A stretch of DNA of 64,000 nt, taken from positions 84,692,001 to 84,756,000 of the forward strand of contig NC_043000.1 of the NCBI RefSeq assembly GCF_006345805.1, read 5' to 3'. Shown in pieces: positions 25,330 through 39,233 of this stretch. Origin of the DNA: Octopus sinensis. Its lineage: Eukaryota. A program made the position numbers and the translations under genes. Under the pieces are notes generated by a model that made no database searches, was not told where the DNA came from, and saw nothing but the letters and a program-made list of their open reading frames with translations. Position 1 is the stretch's first letter; each line of letters starts with the position of its first letter.

Positions 25330-25790
25330 GGGATTATAAGAAAACGCTTCCTTTACATAGAAAACGGTTGTGCTGCATTACATGGGGCTCATCGTTCTTA
25401 TTTAGTCTGAACCATATCATGGGAAGTACGCATCTATCCTGGTCATTTTGAATGAACATGCCCCACGAGCCTTTCGAGATCATTTTGCTAGTAAAGAGGC
25501 TATTTATGTTCAAGCTATACTGGGATTTAACATGCATTTAGTATTCCAGAACGCTCTACATAGTTTCTGGTGAGCTGAAACAATAATCTATGTACTGTAT
25601 TGTTTTATCATGAACAAAACCAATGCAATTGTGAGCGTAGTCATACCCATTATATATTCACACAGTTATTTGAAGAGAAAACTTCTGAATTGAGGTGACA
25701 GTTCTTGTAGGCGAGATATTTGTCGTATGGTAATTTCGGTTACCAACTTGACAAACATTGTTATAATATAGTCATTTCGATAAAAAAAAA
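25330..25790 (-). mobile_element. Helitron Rep remnant (downstream block)
   Basis: LPYDKYLAYKNCHLNSEV / IYNGYDYA / TIQYIDYCFSSPETM*SVLEY*MHVKS resembles VPYN..L..Y.CHINVE..IYKG.D / DEI..Y.D.RYVS..EA.WR...F..H. Confidence 0.75.
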
Positions 25791-26169
25791 AGATGGATTT
25801 AAATTTGCTCAAGACAAGGATCTAACGTTTCTGTTTTTTAATATTGTAGAGGGTTGACTCTGTTATTAGGTTTGGAAGCTCTATACACACCTCGCACATA
25901 CACAGACAAAGACTCGCACATTCATACACAAAATACAAGTATACAAAGACACGCTCATTCACACACGCAAACAATTTTATCAGTTTCCTTGAAGTCATTG
26001 AAGTCTTTTGTTTCTTTTGTTATTCAGTAGAATAAAAGAATATCATTGAATTTTTGGTTTTTTTTAAATTCAGTTAAACAAGAGAATATCTGGCCAGTTC
26101 CGAAAGTGGATTCGTAGAGCTGTATTAATGTAATAAATTTCAGCTTCTATATATTAAAACTACTAATCA

Positions 26170-26960
26170 CGATGATCTGCGGAATTTTGGACCGGCAAAA
26201 GTTATTTGTTTTTGACAATCAACAGTAAATTCTCTTAGTTTGTTTTGGATAACCTTCAGATATTCTAGGATTCTTTGTCTCCATCCATGTATTCCATGTT
26301 TCCATGTTGTTGTTATTTTGTACAACATACATAAGAGGATGGAATTTCAGACTAGAGTTACTTATTGGAAGCTTCCTCATAATCTGATACCATATCACTG
26401 TATTGTGGTAACGCTCTTTCATATTACATTGTGACCTCTTTCTTAACCCTTGCAAAGATGATAACGATATCACTTTACATCGAACTTGTGTTTCACCATT
26501 ATTCGCAGCATTTGTAAAGCTATCAGTAATCCTACGTAATCTTCTGTCTTCAACTGTCCCTGGTGTTAACTGATATATTTTCAATTCTTCGCCCTACTGT
26601 TGACATAATTTGCCGCTCTGCTGTGTAAAAAAGAATCCAGCTCTGACTTTCGTTTGCAATATTTTGTGTTGCATCATTGTAATCTTACTTTAATCATCAT
26701 CCTTTCTTTCAGCTACTGGCCAATCACATAATCAACCTGTTTCTTCACTCTAATAAAATACGGCAAGTGTCATTGGGTTGAGATTTGGACTTATTAAGTT
26801 TTGAAAGCTACTTCTGGATTTCTTGGATAAATACTGAAGTGTCAGTGACATACCATGTGCATTACTGAAAGCTATTGCCACTTCATCAAATGTTGTTAAA
26901 TTATAGATTCTTCTATTAGCGGAAAGATCTCTCGTAAACATTATACTTACTCTTTCATTT
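26170..26960 (-). mobile_element. Helitron Rep N-terminal remnant
   Basis: RRIYNLTTFDEVAIAFS..LNPMTLAVF and NAANNGETQVRCKVISLSSLQG..NMKERYH resemble the Helitron_like_N motif KVILPSSF.GSPR.M...Y.D. Confidence 0.8.
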
Positions 26961-27727
26961 CTTCGTCCAATTCTCGTAGCAATATCTACAACATTGAGTT
27001 TTGGTTATTATTATTACTATTGTCATCATCATCATCATCATCATCATCATCGTTGTTGTTGTTGTTGTTGTTGTTGTTATTATTATTATTTTGTTTTACT
27101 TCTCAGAAAATTCGGTCTTGTTTGTTCTGGTAGATTCTGTGAGAGTGGACAGCAGTCTGCTGTCAGAGTTCTAACAGGGTCTCTTTTCACACATTATAAG
27201 CTTTGATACTTGGTTGTTAATAATCGTGGGAGGCATTCAACATCCAAGTACCAATCTCAAAATCCTAGCTGTTTCCAGTGTTTACTAAAGTTCATGAAAT
27301 ACCATTACCAAGCGTGGAAAATGGAAAAGAGTGCTAGCAAGATTCTAAGAGCGTAGCTTTACAGGGACTAGACTGGAAACTGTCACAGCAAAAACACAAG
27401 TGCCTGTCGTGATGCTGCTGGAGGAGTAGAAAGAAGCAAATGCTATGAGGTTCGATAGATTCTATTGTTCGTACGATTCAGCCAATACTGTTGACAAGAA
27501 GGAAATGTCACGTAAGAAAAAGCTGCTAAAATATCAAAGGCCACAGCAAAAAATTCAAAGTTGTCATAGGTGAGTGCAAGACACATGAGCTCTAATTGGA
27601 CGGATGCAGAACAAATACCTATCTTATCAGAATAGCAAATGTAGGTGAGATATAATGAGCAAAGAAATTCGTCATGCTGAAGTTATGTGTAAATAACTAC
27701 GAGTGAATAACTAAAGAGCATGGTCAA

Positions 27728-28114
27728 GGCGGCGAGCTGGCAGAAACGTTAGTGCGCCGAGCGAAATGCTTAGCGGTATTTCGTCTGCCGTTACGTTGTG
27801 AGTTCAAATTCCGCCGAGGTCGACTTTGCCTTTCATTCTTTCGAGGTCGATAAATTAAGTACCAGTTACGCACTGGGGTCGATGTAATTGACTTAATCCC
27901 TTTATCTGTCCTTGTTTGTCCCCTCTGTGTTTAGCCCCTTGTGGGTAGTAAAGAAATAGATATTTCTTCTGTCTATACATTCTGAGTTCAAATTCCGGCA
28001 AAGTCGACATCCTTTCGGGTTGATAAATTAAGTACCAGTTGCGTACTGGGGTCGATTTAATCGACTGCCCTTCTCCCCAAAAATTTCGAGTCTTGTGCCT
28101 AGAGTAGAAAAGAA
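27728..28114 (+). mobile_element. SINE family A, composite, well preserved
   Basis: GGCGGCGAGCTGGCAGAAACGTTAG..GAGTTCAAATTCCGCCGAGGTCGACTTTGCCTTTCA. Same two-body layout as 7278-7680. Confidence 0.9.
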
Positions 28115-28221
28115 TATACAGGGCTGCTGCAGGATAAGTTGAGAGAAGTGGGTATTACAGTTCCTCCTGAGGGTGTTGTACCACATACTTCTATCTCTGG
28201 TTAGCAATCCTTTCAACCATA

Positions 28222-28390
28222 GGCGTGGCTAGTCGATTTCATCGACCCAGGTATTTATCTAATACTTACTTTAACGATCCAAAAGGATGAAAGGCAAAGT
28301 CGAACTCGACGGAATTTGAACACAGAACGTAAAGTCGAATGAAATGCCGCTAAACATTCTGCCAGGTACGCTAACGGTTCTGCCAGCTCT
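28222..28390 (-). mobile_element. SINE family A
   Basis: Reverse-complement body and head. Confidence 0.75.
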
Positions 28391-28879
28391 CTTCATTTCT
28401 AGTTAATAATATTAAGCGGAACAGAAGTGACATCACTCATTATCATGATCACTCTTTGTGGATTACCTGCTCCTGAATTAATATATAAGTGACTGAGCAT
28501 TTCCGAGACACATGCACCCTTAATGCACTTACCAGGCAGAATTACTACAACACAGTGAGTGACAAACTTGGAGTTTTGACTTATTGGTTATAATCCATCC
28601 GACAGTTTAAGTTTCGCTATATATTTCCCTCACAACGTATGGATCGACTCGTGGCTATAGAAAATGTTTGCCGAAGATGGCATGCAATGTTATCAGAGCC
28701 GGACCTCGTCATTGTGAGACGAACTTCTTACCTATATCGCCAAAATGCGCCTATACACGCATACGCACGCACGCCTATAGCTACATACATACCTATATAC
28801 ATTCATATTTACAAATATCTATATATAGATAAGCATGGTCTAGTACATATTTATTTCAACAAAAATACTTTCCTCGCTT

Positions 28880-29128
28880 TGCATACTTATACGCACATAT
28901 ACACATATGTACATATGTATATGTGAGTGTGTGTGTGTGTGTACATATGCATATGTGTGTTTATGTGTGTGTATATATTATGCGCATATGCGTGTTGGTA
29001 TATATATATATATACATGTATATACACACATATATATATATGCACACAAGCACATATACATATGTACATATACAATATATATACATCCATAAACACACAT
29101 ATGCATATGTACATATATATATATGTAT

Positions 29129-29197
<69 letters not shown>

Positions 29198-29241
29198 GTA
29201 TGTATATATACATATATATATATATATACATACATATATAC

Positions 29242-29308
<67 letters not shown>

Positions 29309-29477
29309 ATATACATACATAAATACACTTATACATATATGTACATATATGGATTTGTGTGAGCGCGCGCGCTTGCGCGTAAGTATGCAAAGCGAGAAAA
29401 ATATTCTAAATCATACTTATCTTGACTTAGAGTAACATCTAAATACACACACACACACACCACACACACACACACAC

Positions 29478-29509
<32 letters not shown>

Positions 29510-29545
29510 CCACACACACACGCACACACACACACACACACATTT
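28880..29545. repeat. (TA)n/(CA)n compound microsatellite
   Basis: Directly visible. Confidence 0.98.
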
Positions 29546-32004
29546 AAAAATATATAGGGTATAAATTGAGTGTGTGAGTGTCACTGTCTACGTGTAAGTG
29601 AATGGCAGTTGTAAATAAGTAGGGGTAAGGAGGTGCTATGTGGATGAGGTATTTATTTCTAAGACTGTAAGTAATAAGATTTGCTGTCCAGTTTCTGGTT
29701 TTGTTAAAAAACGAGAATCTCAGCAACAAGCAAAAACGGAAGACAGAAGAAATAAGAAGCGAATCTGTTGTCGATGCAGAGTCTAGGTGTTACGAGAAGT
29801 AGCTTTATATGTAACCATGGAAATAAAAATCAATTTTTTGCTCTCAAAATACTGTTTAATTTTCAAAGTGATAATTTTAGGAGGTTTGACTCGGATCAGT
29901 GAACAGAGACTAGGTTGTTAAAATTTTGTCTTCTGAATTTCTGCATTAAAGCTAATTCGAAATTAGTTCCTAGACAGTTTGATAATGAGACTGATAATTT
30001 TAAAGATAAAGTCTTTATTTCTCATTTAATTGTTTTTCTCTCTAATTAAAATATCATAGAAATCAGTCAAATTTTGCGACACACTAAGTTTTCAAGCATT
30101 TTCTAACAGATTAATGGTGTATCTTGTTCCTATTTTATGTTGATATTAATTGATATAAACTCTCACTCCCAACCCAGCCTCTGCGTTTATAATTCTCTTC
30201 AAAGCTACATATTCTATCTGATATTTTATTTTAAGTCTTAACAAGTATCACATTTATCAAAAATAAGAGATAGTGTGAACATTGTATATTGGATGTTGAG
30301 TAGCAGAAAGGTAGAAAGCAGAACTAAATACCTAACATTAATTACATCCGGTCATATAGGATCTCATGAAGCATTTTGTCGATGCTAAACCTAAATTTTA
30401 GCCTTCCTCTGAAAAATAGAGTCATTGAAATATATTTATAAAGGAGTGAGTCAAGAATACGCCTGGAATTACAAAGAATTTAAGAATATATTTCTAAGCA
30501 GTTGACCATCTGAGATTGTCTAACAGTTGCTGTCTAAGTAATATGGCTGACTTCAGCTCGATGTTTGAGTCAGCGAGCGAAAGTTTCGATTCTTCTAAGA
30601 AAAAAACAATCCAATCTGTCTGAAAAAAATCTTTCAAAAAGGAGAATATAACCTAAGGTACGCAACGCTTAATAAAGGAATACAAGATGGTTATGGCTTA
30701 GATGTCTATAGCTGAGCTAACCTGAGGGTTCAACAACAAAATTCCTCTCCTCCTCCTCCTCCTCCCCTTCCTCCACCTACCAGTACTACTACTACTACAA
30801 CTACTACTACTGCTGCTGCCGCTACTACTACTACTACAATTGTTGCTGCTGATACTGCTGCTGTTGTTGTTGTTGTTGTTGCTGCTGCTGCTACTACTAC
30901 TACTACCACATTAATAACAAAGGGAGTCATATATGATTAACGATTGTTTTGTTGAAGTGCACTGATGAGTTGATGGCTTGAGAAGCATTCAACTGCAATT
31001 CTGTCCCAATCAATTCATTAACACCCAGCACCCAAAGATAATTAGTCGGACAGCGTTTATTGTTTCCAGCTTTATTGATTTATTATATTCTAGAGGATCA
31101 CATTGTGTTTTCAACTCATCAAAGACTTTTAGTCCCATTCAGATGCCATTTTATTGATCGAGGTGCGGTGAACACTATAATTCCTTTAAAGTTAATCTCT
31201 ATTGTTGATCCTGTAAGTAAAGAAATTATATCCCTGTCATCGATGAAATATCCATAAAATATCTGAGATATCGAATAAGATAAATGTGATAAACATTTAC
31301 TTCGAATTATTGGAAGTTTATAATAGATGAAATAGAAAGGGAGCGCTCGTGGGTTGACGGGAACAAAACGGTGATCAACTTTACAATGGCGGTGGCGAGT
31401 TGGCGGAGACTGCCGGTCGACGAACTATAAGCAATGTTATATGACAGATATGCATTTTCAGTTCTTTATGTTCTAATTTCAAATTCATCGGGAAGTGACT
31501 ATGACATATATTTGTGTAATGGATTAAATAAACATCAGTAATATACTGAATCGCTTTCATCTCTGTAATTGATCACCTTATTTCCAGTAATTTATTGTAT
31601 CATTTCAATCGACTAAAACGGCTCTACTGTAAAAGTCTTTCTTGCGTCTAATCAACTTAAACCAATAAATGGTTAAAGATGGTGTTCTTGAAACATGGAG
31701 GAAACCGGTGTGTAGAATGATTTGCTAAGTTGGCCGATGGAAACGGTAAGCTATAACATAGGAATCTATAGAGATACACTTTAATACTGTGTAAACATGA
31801 GAAAGTATTTATAAGTAAAGATTCGCTGTACATTGATAACACAGTTTGTCTTGATAGATACAAATCTGAAAGTGATTACTTAGAAGAAAACATTATCGCA
31901 GTGACAAATTTATATTTTTCAAAGAATATCGCTAAGTGGTGAGTTACAAGTAACCAGATCATTAGGACATATGACAACCGATAGATGGCTGGTCTATAGC
32001 CTAA

Positions 32005-32054
<50 letters not shown>

Positions 32055-34185
32055 CTCTCTCTGTTGCGTCTCTTGTCAAGGCACTTCACTCTAATCGGCC
32101 GAATTAGTCAAATTCTAAGTACGTAAGCAAGGGTACAACAGCAAAATATTTGAAATTCTTATTATGTTGCAATACAGTTTATACTCTTCTTGAGAGCCTA
32201 AAATTATTTTATTTCCATTCTTATTTACCACATCGGGAGTCTGACACGACCAACCACCACCAATAAAAACTAAATACAAAATGAATGAGTAAATCAAGTT
32301 GTATACTTATAGGTCTCTTGTTTCAATCTATTCTAAGTTTTTCATAGCCTCAGTACACGAAGCTATTGAAATTAAATTATTAATCATATAGTACTTCTGG
32401 TATACACAGGAAGATTGCCTTATTAAAATCAGAGATCAACATTTTTCGTGCTGGGATGGATAAACATTTTGTTTTATTTTCAAATATAGTGAGCACTATT
32501 TAAATTGGTGCAGACAGAAGCAGTTGAAAGACTGATGTAATGTATTTCATCCTATAAACAGAAATTAATTCAAAATCGAAGCCAAGGAAACACTCGTAAA
32601 TTATACCACTGTTTCTATCGTTTACAGTATGAAATATATCTGCTCTGGGTACCTATATTACAGATAAATATAATTATAATAGAGTTGACCATAAACTCAA
32701 CACAGCCCTGTTGATTCGGTTTCCAGAGTAATATCAAATAAACCAGCTACAATTTCTAAAATGCGAATAATTATCACTATATAGTGTTTAATTATTGTTT
32801 AGCTCCAAATAATCACTGAATGAGCAGATTTATGATATAAAGTGCTCCTGTAATGATCACCACGTTTTTTGTTTGTTTGATTATTTATGTCTGTTTTCTT
32901 ATTTAGGAATTTGATACCCTAAAATACATTGAATAATATAACTTCACAACGCATCTTCTTTTGGGATAAGTGGTGTCTGCAAACTGGAATATAAATCATA
33001 CTTTTTGCTTTTTAAAATTCAGTCTGTCTTTTTCTGACACAAATAGATAAATAACGAGAGAAAGAAGAAAGATTTGACTTTATTGGAATTTCAGAAAAAC
33101 TAAAATTGTATTTATAACATAAGATATATATATTAAAGTTGACGAATATTCAACAGTAAGAATGGTGCTTTATTGAAAATTTCCCTTAGTTTCAATTTAA
33201 TCAAAATTTCTAAACTTCATAAGATCCAACCAACTTTTTTTCATTTTTTGCTCTTCTTTTCAAAATTATTTGTTTAGTTTTTTTTTTTATTATTTCAGAA
33301 ATTTCATAAACGCTTACTAGATATGACATTGAGTCTTCTTTTTTGGTACCAGATAGGAACAACCATTATTATAGTGAGGGGGTGGTTTATTTCCTTCCCT
33401 ATGGAAACATATTCTTTGTATCTGTAATAACGATACCAGATATTGCAATAATCTTGAAATAACGGGATCATACAGACTATAATAACCTCGTTTATCATGA
33501 AATAATATAATATATTGCAAGACATATTCTGCAATATCACTACTGCAATTTGAGCAATAAATCTCTCTTTTCTTATATGAAAAAGTTTGCCATTCTAATC
33601 TTTATCATTTATAGTTTGAAAAATACATAAAATTTTCCTTCTTGAAAACAAGAATTAGCGGCATCTCAAAAACCTGCCGAGAAGTGTTGAAGTTTAACAA
33701 ACACTATGTGAGAATGGGCAGCATTTAAATAACAATACATACAGAGGTTAGAATTGCTATTTACTGGAATGTGATCTATGTCTGTTCTTAAAGGTTTCTG
33801 TTAATATTCTACTCCAAATAGATTCATTCCTTAACTAACTTAATAATTAAACGGTGTATTTTCTTAGCTTTTCAGTTTGTTTCTGCAAAACATTAGAGAC
33901 ACTTGATACTGATATGCTGTGTCGATAATTAATACTTTCATTTTTCTCGTGGAAAATAAATGTTTTATAATGTACTGTCTGCTACTAGGCTAAAATTTCC
34001 TAATATTTTCAAATTGCCGTTTTCCAATTCTTTAAGTTGTTCCAAGTAAGTTTCAAATATTGTAGAACTAGTTCTATTTTTGAGATGGCTTTACAATTTC
34101 TATTATTACAACATTATCTTCTAGCCAGTCATTATTTTTGTTAAACTTCACTTCCATTTCAGATCCCAATATTTGTAATTTCGCT

Positions 34186-34395
34186 AAGATGGCGAGTTAA
34201 CGGAATTTTTAGCACGCCGGGCGAAATACTTAGCGGCATTCCGTCCGTCTTCGTGTTATGAGTTCAAATTCCGCCGAGATCGATTTTGTCTTTCCTCCTA
34301 TCGGGGTCCATAAAATAAGTGCCAGTTGAGTAATGGGATCGATGTAATCGACTTGCCCCCTCCCACCAAATTGCTGGCCTTGTGCAAAATTTGTA
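34186..34395 (+). mobile_element. SINE family A
   Basis: Head, B box GAGTTCAAATTCC and body. Confidence 0.8.
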
Positions 34396-34904
34396 CTCCA
34401 TATTTTTTATTTCACTTTAGTGGACATCGATACGTTTATGTTGATTTCTGCTGGTGTTAATCTTTAGAATTTTTGCAAGTTGTTTTCGGAGATAAGTTAC
34501 CCACTTTTTTTAGTGCTATATCTTTTAATCAATTGTTTTATTTTTTTTTTTTTTGTTTGTTTTCTTTGGATTCGAATATTTACAGATCCTCATTTATCAA
34601 TTGTGGACCTGCTTTATTCATAGTTTATTTCTATTTAATTATAAGACGGTATGCATTTCTGTTATTTTAGGATTATCTACAGTCCTCTGAGTTATTTTAT
34701 TATCTTTATTTAGTCTAGTTTGAATGAGTTTCCGTTCTTGATAAAATAATTAAGTATATTTTAGAGAACATGCAAAAAGATCTCAAGATTAACGGAGTGT
34801 TCATAGATAATCAAAATGTTATAGTTAACAAAGACGTTCAAGATTGTGATGACAGTAAACAAATAAATTTAGTGTTCATAAACAAGTACGAAATTAACAA
34901 ATTT

Positions 34905-35395
34905 CCGTGAGAGAATGTCCTAAAAGTATTCACAGTTTCTGGTATTGGTATTTTTCAGAACCTGTCTATGCCCATCACTAATGGTAATTTATCAGTGTGT
35001 CTAAAGAAATAGTGATGTAGGGTTTCAGTTGTACCAATTCGAAAATGGAATAATAGAACATTCCTAAACTTGCTATCATATTTTTAGATCAACAACTAGG
35101 TTAAAGTAATTCTTTAGCTTTTCGGCTCACTTCTACACAGTTATTTGCTATTGCAATGTCGATAACTAATAGCCTAAAGCCAGTTTTGTCAAGGAGGGTG
35201 ATGTCAGGTTTATTCCGTACAAGCTGGAGTGTATCAGTAAGTCAAAGCTCCATAGAATTTTCTAATAATTGGAGGTTCATATGAGAATCAGAGGGGCTTT
35301 TCTTGAAAAGTTTGATTCTGTAACTATGGGCATGTAGAGCAGCTTTGCTACAATTTTGTGTCACCAAACAGAAAACTTTATTTTTATTACGTCGT
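34905..35395 (-). mobile_element. R4/Dong-like LINE endonuclease remnant
   Basis: Not in the ORF track: RNKPDITLLDKTGFRLLVIDIAIANN at about 35145-35216, then ETVNTFRTF near the 3' end. Confidence 0.75.
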
Positions 35396-36491
35396 GACGA
35401 ATTCTAGTTTATTTATTTTTCTCATAGTGGATCACCTTTCTCTAATATTTTAATCAAACACCTTTCCTAATTTATCTCATCTCATTTCAACTCATTTTAT
35501 TACGCTTAATGTATATTTATATTCATTTAATCCAATTTACATATTCTATATATTCGCTTCTTTATTTAATTAATCATTTAAACTAATACTTCCTAATTTA
35601 ATATATTTAATTCACTTCATCATTACATATACCGTTCTCTTTTGTCTTTTTTCCATTTTATATTACCCCAAACCAATTTAAATTCCTCTACAAATTCCTT
35701 TACCAGGTTTTCGATGATGTTTTCCATCATTTTCTATTTCAGAGAATGATTTTCCCCACCGCTTCTGATCCATACTCTTAGCTACGTCTTTGATATTTCC
35801 TTGTTTTCATTTCAATACTTTTAGATTTTCCATCTTCAGGATAACTTAAAAATTTCCCATTTTCAATTTTAAAAGAATTACTATCTATTAGCAATCTATT
35901 AAATACATATTTTATCCCAGTTATCTGTGTATTGGGTTCTTTATTTTGGTTGTAGATTAGTGTTCTTAGACTTAAACCTTTCAAATACACGCACACACAC
36001 ACACACACATACACACACACACACACAATACACACACTCACACACGGACGCACGCGCACGCACACACACATACAGACACATACAATTATTGTGAAAAGAA
36101 ACAGTTTCTAACCAACGGGAAAATCGGGCCTGATAGAAATAACTATGAACTTTTTTCAAATTAAACCCTCTCGTCAAAAATGTGGGGCAGGGTAACTTTA
36201 TAGTAATGCGGTCCAAGATGTTCACAGCCCTAAGGTCTTCGTCACAGATATGCTCGATCAATATCAGCAACATCAACAACATCTTACAGCTGTTTCTTTC
36301 GTGAATACAGAACTTCCAAATTCAGAACATGAAGAACCAAAACTAAAAGCCTCGAGGCATTGTGTCCGACGTTTTAACAATTCCATATTTTAGCCCCACA
36401 TTAAATATTAGTGTAAATATTAACTCTATAACTCTAATAACAACGTATTAAATTCTTATAAGACTGAGTGTTAATTTGTATGTCTTCTAAT

Positions 36492-36522
<31 letters not shown>

Positions 36523-36925
36523 CTTGTGTGTTCATGCGCGTGTGGGGGTGGGTGCATATTTGCATGTTGTATACGACGTATGGCTAAATGCTTAGGTGCA
36601 TTTCACAACCAGAAGTGTCAATTTCTACAGCCCCAAGCTTGACGGAAACTGCATAGAAGCCTATCGGATGAATTATATTTGTGATTCAAAAGGTACAAGC
36701 TCATCAAGTACGCTGTGTCATGCTGATTCCCCCTAAGAATTAAGTTTAAGTTTCGCATGTCTGAGCGATACTCAGCCATTTGGGTATCAAGTAATAAACT
36801 TGATCAAACAACTAGATCCGCATCGTTGAGCGATGAAAATCCCAACCACCACCACCATAAATACACACAACAACCACCTCTTTACACGCACATACACACA
36901 TGTGTATATTGTTCTAGTTTATTTT

Positions 36926-37014
36926 TAACCTGATGAGTGACTATATTTATATCGAAGTGATTTCTCTACCACTATAATCATTTCTTAAATATAGCCACGA
37001 AACACGTGTCGTTA
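36926..37014 (+). ncRNA. Type I hammerhead ribozyme (canonical core)
   Basis: TAAC-CTGATGA-GTGACTATATTT..AAATATAGCCAC-GAA-ACACGTGT-C-GTTA. Stem II pairs 11 of 12, stem III is palindromic, GUC at 37008-37010. Confidence 0.88.
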
Positions 37015-37205
37015 TTCTACAAATTATATACGTTATTATTATTATTTTTTTGCAATTTACTTAATCATTGACATTTTATTGTTATTTTGATGTTAATATT
37101 TCTATTATATGTAATTTTCTAGATGGTGTAATTTAATTGTTCATTTGGAATTGATAAAAGGTGGGTTTTGTGTATATATATATATATACATACACACACA
37201 CACAC

Positions 37206-37310
<105 letters not shown>

Positions 37311-37387
37311 CATATATATATATATAACTGAGTATGTGTGTGTGTGTGTCTGTCTGTCTGTCTGTCTGTGTGTTTCCCTAAAAACAT

Positions 37388-37642
37388 TCAAATTTTACAC
37401 ATGCTTTACTTAGGGTCCGGGGAGTGTCATCGGCAAAAAGTTTTTTTAACTTTTTGCCTAGGGCGAGCCCACAGCAATATCATATCTTCTCCACTACGAT
37501 TCCCTCAAACATGAGAACTACACAACCAATTTCATTCAAATTTTACACATGCTTTACTTAGGGTCCATGTAGTTTCATGGGCAAAAATGTTCAACTTCTT
37601 GCCTAGAGCGAGCCCATAGCAATATCATATCTTCTCCACTAT
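37388..37642 (+). repeat. Two-unit tandem repeat (about 150-bp period) after a (TCTG)n tract
   Basis: CATTCAAATTTTACACATGCTTTACTTAGGGTCC..GCAATATCATATCTTCTCCACTA occurs twice. Confidence 0.85.
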
Positions 37643-38309
37643 TTCAGTATTACGTGTTAAAAGTGAAACAAAAACATTTCTCTATTTTATGTCAGATGCT
37701 TTCACTTTAACAATAAAAATAATAATAACAATTGAATTATATGTAGTAAGTAATAATTAAAATCAAACTAAAGTATGATATAATCGTAACATAACAAAAG
37801 TAAAAATAGCAATTGGTATAAAATTGCATCAATGACTTGAACTTGAATAAGTGGTTTCACATGAATGGGAATAAATTAAAAATGAAATTAGCGTGCAGAA
37901 ATGGAATACTCCAGATGGAGCTGTGCTTTTCCATAGATTATCTGCTAATTAGCTAGCATTAAGTATCTATATGAAGTTTGGCTGTATGTAATATCTGTTT
38001 TCTCGAACAGCCGCTCCTACAGAGTACTGCTGTTGGTTTATTTCTTATACGTAAAGGACAAAAGCTTCAACTGCTTACTGCTTTGTGATTCATCGTAAGA
38101 TTTGTTGTTATTATTATTACTGTCTAACTATTGTTATCACGTTTGTCGGTTCCTCGTAAAGGAAACATTGTTGTGTTGCATTTGTTAAATAATTGTAAAC
38201 TGTAACCCTCCTCTTTTGGGAGAAGGAGCTTTGGTTATTATTTAAAAATTGAATTGCGTCCCTGTTTGGGGAAATTGACAATATTTTCACCGTTTACACG
38301 GAAGCATTT

Positions 38310-38830
38310 TTGTTAGAATGCCTTCGATAGAAGAAAGTCCAAAAATGAATTTTCCTGCAGCCGTCGGCGGGCGCGAACTCATTGAAATTAAAATGGAAGA
38401 AATACGGATCGATCACCGACAAAGACGGTGAATCTAGGATAACACCACCAAACGAAATAAAAAAATTAAAAGACTATTGTCTATAAAGTATACAATGTAG
38501 AGAAAAAAAAATTTGAACACCTGGAGGAAAGCACCATCGAAAAGTGTCTTGGTGCGACTATGAAAGATATCAAACCAGAGGCGGTAAATTCGCCACAATA
38601 GAAGCAAGGTTCGAGTCAACGGAGCGTACAAGGGAGTACTCGACTCGAACCTTGCAAAGTGGAAATATTTTATTTTTACCTTTATATCCCGGATAAACAT
38701 TAAAAATGCCACCCCCCGCGCCCCAGAAGTAGAGGTAGGCTGGATTGTAGCCACACTTCTATACAAGAGGGAGGACAAGATACAATTGATCGAAATTGCA
38801 AGAGACGGGCCTACAATTCCAGTTTGTTAT
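38310..38830 (+). mobile_element. Possible Tx1/L1-like ORF1 remnant
   Basis: Frameshifted peptides FEHLEESTIEKCLG / FATIEARFESTERTREYSTRTLQSGNILFLPLYPG / PEVEVGWIVATLLYK look coding and ORF1-like. The family call is from memory only. Confidence 0.35.
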
Positions 38831-39006
38831 ATATTTTGAGTATTGTTATCACTAGCGATAATAATTTGTATTTTGTATTTTATGTGTAGATGTATATATA
38901 TAGATGTACGTGTAATATGTACACATATATATACACATATATACATGCACTAGCACTATGACCCGGCAACGATGGGTCATAATGCTAGTATATATATATA
39001 TATATC

Positions 39007-39233
39007 GGCGGAGTTGCGGTTCTGAGGTAAGTAGTTTGCTTACCAAGTACATGATTCCGGGTTTAATCTCACTGTGTGGCACCTACTATAGCCTCAGGCC
39101 GACCAAAGACTTGTAAGTGAATTTGTAGACGGAAACTGAAAGATAACGATAGAATAAGTTCTGGGGCCGATTGTTTCGACTATAGGCGAATCTGAAGCAT
39201 GGCCGCAATCAAATGACTGAAACAAATAAAAGA

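Noticed and set aside
27240-27720. Coding-like purine-rich stretch
   Set aside because: No diagnostic motif found in any frame.
30957-30997. TGCA-CTGATGA-hairpin-TGCA (HHR-, SECIS- or box C-like)
   Set aside because: Lacks GAAA for a hammerhead and the 3' GA for a SECIS; no box D partner identified.
36203-36390. Possible fourth in-phase exon of the 31094-34648 chain
   Set aside because: Weak acceptor, and the 3' part overlaps a degenerate SINE.
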